A stretch of DNA of 64,000 nucleotides, taken from NCBI GenBank assembly GCA_016194865.1, contig JACQAT010000001.1, positions 81,657 to 145,656 of the forward strand. The letters are read 5' to 3'. Position numbers and translations under genes: made by a program. Positions 27,409 through 35,188 of this stretch are shown piece by piece; within the stretch, counting starts at the first letter, position 1; each line of letters begins with the position of its first letter. Source of the stretch: Chloroflexota bacterium. GTDB lineage: Bacteria; Chloroflexota; Limnocylindria; P2-11E. The notes under the pieces are model-generated. The model saw nothing but the letters and a program-made list of their open reading frames with translations. It was not told the origin of the DNA and made no database searches.

Positions 27409-28160
27409 ACATGAAGCTCGAGATCGTCGGCGTCGACGGCCTGCCCGAGATCCGTCCGGGCGACGATCTCGCGCGACTCATCTCGGAACGCGCCACTCTG
27501 CACACCGGGGACGTCCTCGCCGTCGCGCAGAAGATCGTCTCGAAAACCGAGAACCGCATCGTGCGCCTCGCCGACGTCACGCCCGGCCCGCGCGCGCTCG
27601 CGATGGCCGAGGAGGCCGGTGGCAAGGACGCGCGGATCCTCGAGGTCGTGCTCGGCGAGACGCGCAAGATCGTTCGCTGGACCCGCGGCGTCCTGATCTC
27701 CGAAACGCATCACGGGTTCGTGTGCGCGAACGCCGGCGTCGATCGCTCGAACGCGGGAGAGCAGGACGCGGTGGTGCTGCTGCCGGTCGACCCCGATGGC
27801 TCCGCCATGCGGATTCGGAAGGCGCTCAAGGAGATCGCGAAGGCCGACGTCGCGGTCATCGTGACCGACACGTTCGGGCGCGCCTGGCGCGAAGGGCACG
27901 CGAACATGGCGATCGGCATCGCGGGCCTGTCCGCGCTGAAGCGCTACGCGGGGCAGTACGACCCGCAGGGCTACGAGCTGCGCGTGACCGAGATCGCCAT
28001 CGCCGATGAGATCGCGGCCGCCACCGAGCTCGTCATGGGGAAGCTCGACCGCTGCCCTGCGGCGATCGTGCGCGGTCTGCACCTGGAGTTCACGGACAGC
28101 GGCGGCGAGGAGACGGCGCGCGAGTACGTCCGCAGCGCGGAGCGCGACCTGTTCCGGTGA
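27409..28160 (+). CDS. cofE: coenzyme F420-0:L-glutamate ligase
   Basis: 250 aa; the CofE/FbiB N-domain pattern MKLEIVGVDGLPEIRPGDDL...VAQKIVSK...HGFVCANAGVD...VTDTFGRAWREG. Confidence 0.75.
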
Positions 28161-28178
28161 GGCTGCCCGACTTCGCCA

Positions 28179-28310
28179 TCAGCCGCGTCCACGCCCACGG
28201 GTTCTGAGCTCGCGCTCGAGCGCCGCGCGCGCCTCCCGTGAGTCGGCCCCGTACAGGTTCGCCAGGATGTCCAGCGCGACGAGCGCTCCGATGAACATCA
28301 GGATCTCCAT
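28179..28310 (-). CDS. possible small ORF (43 aa) with strong RBS
   Basis: GGAGG lies 6 nt upstream of ATG 28310 and codon usage is very GC3-rich (MEILMFIGALVALDILANLYGADSREARAALERELRTRGRGRG). It is below the six-frame track length cut-off. Confidence 0.35.
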   Translation of the reverse strand: MEILMFIGALVALDILANLYGADSREARAALERELRTRGRGRG

Positions 28311-28423
28311 GTGCGCCTCCTTCGTGCGTGCCTACTGGTAGAACGGTCGGTCCGCGGCTCCTGTGAGGTGGCTCCGTATCACCATCATTTGCCATTTGAC
28401 CGGTTAGGCACGTTGTAGGCCTC

Positions 28424-28461
28424 TTGACCTAACCTGTCAAGCGGTTTATGGTGGTCAGGTC
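28424..28461 (+). promoter_or_regulatory. sigma70-like promoter (TTGACC-N17-TATGGT) driving an essentially leaderless transcript of the CGNR gene
   Basis: -35 TTGACC at 28424..28429, -10 TATGGT at 28447..28452 and ATG at 28462. The -35 sits inside an inverted repeat (GGTTAGG...CCTAACC / CTTGAC...GTCAAG). Confidence 0.4.
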
Positions 28462-29076
28462 ATGACTCCTCCGCGACAGTTCGATCTCGGCAGCGGCGCG
28501 CTGCCGCTGGACTTCGCGAACACCGTCAGCGGCAGCCGCCCGGCCTCGCCGCGCGAGCTCCTGCTGGACTACGACGACCTCGTCGCGTGGGGGCTCCAGG
28601 CGTGCCTGCTGGCAGAGGCGGACGCGGCGAAGCTGCGCGCCGAGGCGAAGCGGCACCCCCAGGCCGCCAGGCGCGCCCTCGAGCGCGCCCGCGACCTTCG
28701 CGAGGCGATCTATCGCGTCTTCACCGCGCGCGGTGCCGCTGGATCGCCGGAGGCCTCAGATATCGCGCTGATCGGTGCGGCGGCGGGCGAAGGCTTCGCG
28801 CGCTCCTCCCTGGTCGAGCGCGACGGTCGCTACGCGTGGACGTGGTCCGGCGCGCGCGATGACCTCGACCGCGTCCGGTACGCCGTCGCGCGGGCCGCCT
28901 CCGAGCTTCTCCAGGAGGACGACGTGCCGATCGTGGGGGAGTGCGCGTCCGATACCTGCACCTGGCTGTTCGTCGACACGAGCAAGAACCACAGCCGCCG
29001 CTGGTGCTCGATGAGCGACTGCGGCAACCGCGCGAAGGCGCGACGTCATTACGCGCGCACGCGGACGACGAATTAA
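28462..29076 (+). CDS. ABATE-domain / CGNR zinc-finger protein
   Basis: C-terminal CASDTCTWLFVDTSKNHSRRWCSMSDCGNRAKARRHYARTR is the CGNR zinc-finger signature. Confidence 0.75.
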   Translation: MTPPRQFDLGSGALPLDFANTVSGSRPASPRELLLDYDDLVAWGLQACLLAEADAAKLRAEAKRHPQAARRALERARDLREAIYRVFTARGAAGSPEASDIALIGAAAGEGFARSSLVERDGRYAWTWSGARDDLDRVRYAVARAASELLQEDDVPIVGECASDTCTWLFVDTSKNHSRRWCSMSDCGNRAKARRHYARTRTTN

Positions 29077-29120
29077 CCTCTTCCCTTTCAGGGAAGAGCT
29101 CGTGGGTTCGCCCATCCGGG

Positions 29121-29594
29121 CTACACGTAACCCTCAGGTACTGGCCCAAGCACCTCCATTGAGTAACGGCGCGCGACATCGGACAGCGAGTCTTGATCCA
29201 TCCGGCCCTCCTTGAGAGCAGTTGCCAGATCATCGAAGTAGCCGACCATCGCGGCCGGCGTGTAGATGTTGAGCTTGCGACTGGCGACCTTCCCCACCTT
29301 GAAGCCGTGCGCCATTCCTGCGGGGATGAATATGAACGAGCCGGCCGGGCACGCGAACTCCTGGTCACCCAGAAAGATGATGTATTCACCCTCGAGTACG
29401 TAGAAGGCCTCCGCGGCGTCGTGGTGGATGTGTAGAGGCGGCCCGAAGCCGGCTGGTTCAGTCGCTTCAAGCAGCGAGAACGCGCCGCGAGTTACGTCGC
29501 CCGTTGCCTTGACCGACATCTTGAATCCGCCCAGGTCGATCGCCCTGCCCTCACCGGGTCGAAGGATCCGTGCTCCGTCAGCTGTCTCGCTCAC
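29121..29594 (-). CDS. cupin domain protein
   Basis: GTG 29594 with a GAGGAG RBS. The cupin motif PLHIHHDAAEAFYVLEGEY...GSFIFIPAGMAHGF is present. The track ORF N-terminal extension is unlikely to be real. Confidence 0.6.
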   Translation of the reverse strand: MSETADGARILRPGEGRAIDLGGFKMSVKATGDVTRGAFSLLEATEPAGFGPPLHIHHDAAEAFYVLEGEYIIFLGDQEFACPAGSFIFIPAGMAHGFKVGKVASRKLNIYTPAAMVGYFDDLATALKEGRMDQDSLSDVARRYSMEVLGPVPEGYV

Positions 29595-30505
29595 GCGCGT
29601 CTCCTCAGAGCGGGTTGGGCGGGATACTACTAGCGAGACGCGAGAGACGGCCGGGCGGGCGATCGAGGCTTCGCGAGACAAAGGCGGCCTGCTGACGGCG
29701 CACAGGTCGAGCATGGCGAGACCACCGGGCCCGTCCTACAGCTCGCATTGCCCGAGTAGCGCTGCCCGGAAAATCTCCGTGCGTAGCGCAACTTGGTGAG
29801 GCCCTTGACGTCCGGACCGTACTGCTCTACGACGGCGGCCGGTGGGATACCTAGGCGCCGGCGGCCGGCGATCCATGATCGCCTTCACGGCTGTGGTGAT
29901 CCTGCTCACAGCCGCGGCGCCGCCGGCGGAGGCGTGCGGAAGCATCGTTTCGCCTCGAGGCGATACGGAGGTCCGCAGCTTCGTGACCATGCTCGCGTTC
30001 GACGGCCGCTTCGAGGACCTCGTCACGACGGTCAGCTACGGCAGGACGAGCGAGGATTTCGGTTGGATCATTCCGGTGCCCACGCCTCCCACGATCGACC
30101 GTGCGGATCTGAGCGGCATCGCGACCGCGGCGCGACTCACGGCGCCGCCGCGGCCGAGCTCCGGGATCGGCATCGGAGTTGGGGCGGGCCGGCCTGGCGG
30201 GGTCGAGGAGCTCGGCAGGACGGTGGTCGGAGACCTCGAGTTCGTGACCCTGCGCGCGAGCGGTGTCGACGAGCTCTCGGCGTGGATCCGAACGAACGGC
30301 TTCGCCTTCCACGGGGGCCAGGACGGGATCCTCCAGAGGTACCTGTCCCGGGGCTGGGTCGTCGTCGCCGCGCGGCTCGCGCGCGACCTCGCCGCGACAG
30401 CCGAGTCGCTGAGCGTCCGGCTGCGCTTCGCCAGCGGATCGCTCGTGTATCCGTTGGCGATGGCGGGCGCGCCGCACACGGGAACCCTCCGGATGACCGT
30501 CTACG

Positions 30506-31735
30506 TGAGATTCCCGGTGGTTTGTGAGACTGCCTCAGGCCGCGGCACGCAGCTCCTCCAGCCAACCCTGCAGGTGTGCGAGCGCTGGGATGTTGTCGAA
30601 GCCGCGATCGGTGAAGGGCGTGCCGTCGTAACGCTCACCCGGGGTGAGCCAGCCGATCTCGCCGTGCAGCCGGTGGTAGTTGTAGTAGCCGGCGAAGCGC
30701 TCGAGGGCGGCCTCTGCATCCCCCAGCGAGCGGAAGATCTCGCGGTCGAGGACCTCGTCCTTGAGCGTCGCCCAGAACGCCTCGATCTTGCCGTTGGTCC
30801 AGGGCGAGTTCACCTGGGTCCTGATGTGACGGATCGCAAGCTCGCGCAGCGTCTTGCCGAACTGAGTCAGCACACCGGGCATCCAGAAGACAAAGGGACT
30901 GCCGTTGTCACTCATGAGATCGAGCGGCCGGCCGCAGAGCTCGAAGCAGTCGCGGATCCACTCAAGGATCGGGACCGCCGCCTGGCTCGTCTGGATGCGC
31001 AGGCCCAGCACGTAGCGCGAGTGATCGTCGACCAGGCCGAAGATCCAGGTCTTGAGGTAGCGGTCCCGCGCGAGTTGGATGAAGAAGGGACCTTTGATGT
31101 CGATGTGCCAGAGCGAGTTCGGGCTCTCGCGCTCGTAGCGGGGGCCGCGCGGGCGCGGCCCGGATGGCCGTGCCGTGCCGAGGTCGTCAAAGAGCCGCTC
31201 GATCCACCACTGGCCGACGCTCGCGATCTCGCGTCGACGCAGCTCGGCCGAGATGCGCTTGGCGTTCCAGTATGTGGCCAGGCGCACCGCGATCACGACC
31301 TGCTCCAGCCACGCGGGATGTTTGATCTGCGGAGCGCGTGGCCCGCGCCGCCCCGGTACCAGCGCCGCAAGACCGCCGCGCTCGTACGCGCCCTGCCAGC
31401 GGAACAGGCTCGCCCGGCTGCAGCGGCCCAGGGCGAGCGCCGCAACCAGGCCCTCCTCGCGCATGACGCGCAGCAGCCCCGACCGCGCGCGGACCAGGGC
31501 GAGCTCGCTGCGTCGCTGCGTCTGAGCGGGCGGTCGACCACCACGCGTGGCCAGGAAGCGGAACCCCGGACCCTCCTGGTACGTGTGCCGCAGCCAGCGC
31601 CGCTGCGGATCGCCGCGATGGCCGTGGTGCGCGAAGATCTCGTCGGGCATGGCACTCCCTCCTCGCTCCGGCGCGAGGATACGAATGGGCTCGGCCACGT
31701 CCGAGTCGCAGTCTCACAAACCACCGGGAATCTCA
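30506..31735 (-). mobile_element. IS481-family insertion sequence, 1230 bp, perfect 28-bp terminal inverted repeats, 6-bp target duplication TCTACG
   Basis: IRL TGAGATTCCCGGTGGTTTGTGAGACTGC (30506..30533) is exactly the reverse complement of IRR (31708..31735). Direct repeats TCTACG lie at 30500..30505 and 31736..31741. The element encodes a single HTH+rve transposase. Confidence 0.85.
30535..31698 (-). CDS. IS481-family transposase (HTH + integrase-core rve DDE domain)
   Basis: 387 aa; HIDIKGPF...D-x-SRY...MSDNGSPF...Y-N-Y-HRLHGEIG pattern of the DDE integrase core. Confidence 0.85.
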   Translation of the reverse strand: MAEPIRILAPERGGSAMPDEIFAHHGHRGDPQRRWLRHTYQEGPGFRFLATRGGRPPAQTQRRSELALVRARSGLLRVMREEGLVAALALGRCSRASLFRWQGAYERGGLAALVPGRRGPRAPQIKHPAWLEQVVIAVRLATYWNAKRISAELRRREIASVGQWWIERLFDDLGTARPSGPRPRGPRYERESPNSLWHIDIKGPFFIQLARDRYLKTWIFGLVDDHSRYVLGLRIQTSQAAVPILEWIRDCFELCGRPLDLMSDNGSPFVFWMPGVLTQFGKTLRELAIRHIRTQVNSPWTNGKIEAFWATLKDEVLDREIFRSLGDAEAALERFAGYYNYHRLHGEIGWLTPGERYDGTPFTDRGFDNIPALAHLQGWLEELRAAA

Positions 31736-32114
31736 TCTACGCGGTCACGCCGTGGCGACCGGTCGCGGTCGGACTACCTGAAACGATCGAACGGCCGATC
31801 GACGGCGTGTTCGGGAACCCGGCCAGCCGCCTGGGCGTTCGATACTCAGCACCGCTCTCGCAAGACGACGCCGCGGGGATCTCCCGCACGGTCGCCGTAC
31901 CGAGCGGGGCATGGCTCACCCGCTACGACAGCAACTGGGATGTGAACGACCTGAAGCAGGATCTGATGCTGGACCGCGCGAGCGAGCAGACGCCGATCGA
32001 CTTTCGAGGAGCGAACGCCGACGATCCGTCCTGGGCACTGGGGCCGGCGGTCCTTCTGGCCGCCGCGGCCGCCGGCCTCGTGTTCCTGCGTCGCCGCCGC
32101 CCGGCGAGCACGCG

Positions 32115-33224
32115 GTGAGGATCGTCGGTCTGGCGGCCGTGTTCATCTCGGTGGTACTGGCCATCGCCTCGGCACCGTCGCTGGCCGCCCAGGTCGACTG
32201 CAGCGACCCGCAGGTCCGGTCGGCGATCCAGACAGCGCAGAACGCATGGGCCCAAACGATCGCTCAATACCGCCAGCTTCCGCCGGCATATCAACAGCAG
32301 CTCGATCAGCAGGTGCGCCAGGCGACCGGATATACGCTTCCGCAGCTCGCGCAGCTCATCGTCGACTGCGGCGGCGCCCGGCCCTCGACGCCGCGGCCGA
32401 CCGCTCGCCCGGCCACCGCCCCGCCGGCGGGCGTGACCGCGCGACCCCCGACGGCGCCTCCGGCACCGACTCCTCGGCCGACCCTGCGCGTCTTCCTGCC
32501 GAGTCAGTACCAGTTCCGCCTCCAGCCGTTCGTGCTGCGCACGCTCAGCCCCTCGCGCTACCTGCGTCCTCCCACGCCGCGGCCGGAGCCGGCGATCCAA
32601 CGCGCTCGCGGTGGACCGCTCGCGGACGTGACGCTCCCCCCGGTGCCCGCGGGCCGCGTACCCGTGGGCAGCGGCGAGCTCAAGCTCTGCTGGCAGCTCT
32701 TCAGCCGAACGGACTGCACCGATCAGCAGGCGGTGGACGCGTACCGCCAGCGGGCAGAGCCGATCATCGACCGACTGAAGGCGCAGCAACAGGCCACCGA
32801 CGTGGAGCGCGCGCAGTATGAGCGTCGCGGCCAGCTGTTCGAGGACGCCGTCAAGTCGCAGAGCATCGCGCGGCTCACCAGTGACCTGCGCGACGACCAT
32901 GCGTACTTCATGAAGGAGCGCAATGACGCGGCGACGGACGTCGTCGCGTCGCTCCTTGGCGCCGCGCCATCGCAGCCGCTGAACGACGTGTCCGCCGCCT
33001 CGATGTACCTGCGCGACGCGCCCAAGTTCGCGGCAACGCTCGGCCGGAAGGTCGCCAGCGGCGAGCGCTGGTCGGCCGGCGACGTGGAGGACGCCGCGAA
33101 CCTCGCGGCTTCGCTCAGCATCGATCTCACGACGCGTGCGCTCGAGGGCACGAGATACGCCGCGAGCGCGACCGCCGTGGGCCGGGGTGTCGCCGGCGGC
33201 CAAGCGGCGATCAAGCTCGCCTAG
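32115..33224 (+). CDS. secreted protein with Pro-rich linker (hypothetical); the frame continues past a TAG stop
   Basis: GTG 32115 overlaps the upstream TGA. Signal peptide VRIVGLAAVFISVVLAIASAPSLAAQ and PT/PA-rich linker. The TAG at 33222 is followed in frame by 63 further coding-like codons that end in an ATGA overlap with the next gene. Confidence 0.5.
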   Translation: MRIVGLAAVFISVVLAIASAPSLAAQVDCSDPQVRSAIQTAQNAWAQTIAQYRQLPPAYQQQLDQQVRQATGYTLPQLAQLIVDCGGARPSTPRPTARPATAPPAGVTARPPTAPPAPTPRPTLRVFLPSQYQFRLQPFVLRTLSPSRYLRPPTPRPEPAIQRARGGPLADVTLPPVPAGRVPVGSGELKLCWQLFSRTDCTDQQAVDAYRQRAEPIIDRLKAQQQATDVERAQYERRGQLFEDAVKSQSIARLTSDLRDDHAYFMKERNDAATDVVASLLGAAPSQPLNDVSAASMYLRDAPKFAATLGRKVASGERWSAGDVEDAANLAASLSIDLTTRALEGTRYAASATAVGRGVAGGQAAIKLA

Positions 33225-33412
33225 GCCGCGTACGCGGACTACGCGCTCCGCCAGGTCGACCTCGCGATCCAGCGACCGACCGAGGCGATCGAGCAGCACC
33301 GCGCGCTCCTCGCCGGCCAGGTGTTCTCCGCCCAGCTCCGGAGCGATGAGCTCGCGTACGAGGTCGGCTGGCGCCAGAACGAGCTCTCCGCGGTGCTCCG
33401 CTACGCCGCGCG

Positions 33413-33736
33413 ATGAGCGCCTCTGAGGCGACTTCCTCCGTCCGACCGCTGCCCGTCGCGCGCTTTCTCGGACTGCTTCTCAACGTCCTGTGCGTACTCG
33501 TCGGCGTCCGCTTCCTCCTGATCCTCGTAGGGGCGAACGTCGACCAGCCGATCGTCGCGTTCCTGATCTCGTTCACCGATCCCATCTCGGCACCGTTCGA
33601 GGGCGTGTTCGAGCAACCGGCCGACGACGCGGGCATTCTCCCGATCGACCTCGGGGCGCTCCTCGGCATCGGCGCGCTGCAGCTCGCGGCGGCATTCATT
33701 CGGATCGTCGCGCGCCGCGCGCGAGAGCTCGAATGA
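33413..33736 (+). CDS. small integral membrane protein (hypothetical)
   Basis: 107 aa with two predicted TM helices; the ATG is embedded in ATGA overlaps at both ends. Confidence 0.45.
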   Translation: MSASEATSSVRPLPVARFLGLLLNVLCVLVGVRFLLILVGANVDQPIVAFLISFTDPISAPFEGVFEQPADDAGILPIDLGALLGIGALQLAAAFIRIVARRARELE

Positions 33737-34371
33737 GCAGACGCCGGCTCGAGGAAGGGCTCGCGGTCGCCTTCGGCGCGTTGCTCCTCGTCGCGGACGC
33801 CGTCTCTCTCGACCTGTTCGCCTCACTTGCCGGTACGACGCTGGCGCTGCTGGCGCTGTACGCCTTGACGCGGCCGGCCCTGGCCGGCCGGGCGATCGGC
33901 TGGATCCGCGCAGACCTGCGGCGGAGCCTCGCCGTCGGGGTGGGCGGCGTGGCGGTGCTCGCGCTCGTTGCGTTCGCCGGTGGCCAGCTCCGGCATCCCT
34001 CCGTGAGCGCGGCGGAACAGGCGGCCGATTGGAGCGCCACGAACAGCGCGCTCGCGCAGGTCGTGGCCGCCGACCTTCGCTGGCAAGCGGCGCCGGCTCC
34101 GGATCGAGCCGCGCGCGTCACCGAGGTACGCGCCGCGACCCGTCTCTTCGCCGACTCGGTGAACCTTCTCGAGCGGATCCGCCCGCCCGAGGAAGGGCTC
34201 CAAGCGCACCGCGCCACGACCGCGGTCTATCGGAACATGGCCGAGCTGCTCGACCTCCTGCCGGGAGCGTTGGCGACGGAGGACACGGGCCTCGCGGCGG
34301 CGATCTGGCGGAGCGTCGGCACTCTGAGCGACGAGGCAGCGTCCTTCGTCGATCTCACCACCCCGCGTTGA
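33733..34371 (+). CDS. integral membrane protein (hypothetical)
   Basis: ATG 33733 (MSRRRLEEGLAVAFGALLLV...) and several TM helices; the N-terminal part of the track ORF is discarded. Confidence 0.45.
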   Translation: MSRRRLEEGLAVAFGALLLVADAVSLDLFASLAGTTLALLALYALTRPALAGRAIGWIRADLRRSLAVGVGGVAVLALVAFAGGQLRHPSVSAAEQAADWSATNSALAQVVAADLRWQAAPAPDRAARVTEVRAATRLFADSVNLLERIRPPEEGLQAHRATTAVYRNMAELLDLLPGALATEDTGLAAAIWRSVGTLSDEAASFVDLTTPR

Positions 34372-34384
34372 CCCCGCACGATCC

Positions 34385-34696
34385 TCATTGACACTGGCCT
34401 GGTTCGTAGTACCCGTACAGGCATCCGTGCGAGCCGACGACGACCACCAACAGCAGCGCCGCCAGCCCGATGCCGATGACCGTCGCGCAGAGCCCGAAGG
34501 CGAGCAGGACGCGGTCGACGCCGGTGCGCGGCGGCGTGCGCCATGAGTAGAGCGCGAGGGCGAGCCAGCCGACGCCGACCACGCCGGCCACGCTCGGGTT
34601 GTCGTTGCGGCCGACGTAGATGAGCGCGACGCCGCCGAGCGCGGTCACCGCGGCGAGGACTCGCGCGACCGGCCGCCGCCTGATCGTTGGGATCAA
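34385..34696 (-). CDS. small membrane protein (hypothetical)
   Basis: 103 aa with three hydrophobic segments. Confidence 0.35.
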   Translation of the reverse strand: MIPTIRRRPVARVLAAVTALGGVALIYVGRNDNPSVAGVVGVGWLALALYSWRTPPRTGVDRVLLAFGLCATVIGIGLAALLLVVVVGSHGCLYGYYEPGQCQ

Positions 34697-34750
34697 CGTC
34701 CCTTGATCACCACCGCATCATTGAAGCACCGCCGATGCAGCCGCGCCCGA

Positions 34751-35188
34751 TCAACGCGCTCCGACCTCCCGTAGCGCGCTCGCGCTGACCCACTCGTCTC
34801 CGGACGACGTGCGGACGAGGACCATGGCCGCGCCGTCGCGGAAGGCCGCGTCGCGGAACGTGACGCGCACGGCGCGGCCGATCAGCACCGCGTCGCCGCG
34901 GGCGTAGTGATCGTCGATCCAGCCCTCCTGCGCGACAGCTTCGATCGTGCGCACGTAGAGCCAGCTGTTCTGCTCGCGCAGTACGAACACGAAGCTCCCG
35001 TCCATCGCCGAACCGTTCACGACGGAGTCGTTCGGCGACCGCAGCAGGGCGACCGCAGGGCGGGCGACCAGACCGTGATCGTCGCGTCCGGAGATGAGCA
35101 CGACCCTCGTCGCGGGTGACGCGCAGCCCTGGCCTCCCACGAGGAAGGCCAGGGCTGCGCAGACAGAGAGGACGCGCGCTAGGGACAC
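34751..35188 (-). CDS. hypothetical secreted protein/lipoprotein
   Basis: GTG start option with signal-like VSLARVLSVCAALAFLVGGQGCASP; the start is uncertain. Confidence 0.35.
   Translation of the reverse strand: MSLARVLSVCAALAFLVGGQGCASPATRVVLISGRDDHGLVARPAVALLRSPNDSVVNGSAMDGSFVFVLREQNSWLYVRTIEAVAQEGWIDDHYARGDAVLIGRAVRVTFRDAAFRDGAAMVLVRTSSGDEWVSASALREVGAR

Larger units (their letters stand above)
29875..32118 (+). pseudogene. DUF2330-like secreted protein gene interrupted in frame by an IS481-family element
   Basis: Signal peptide MIAFTAVVILLTAAAPPAEA and FDG...GWIIPVPTPP block. The coding frame resumes exactly after the IS (…TVY|IS|AVTPWRP…); the insertion totals 1236 bp, a multiple of 3. 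There is a C-terminal TM anchor. Confidence 0.5.
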
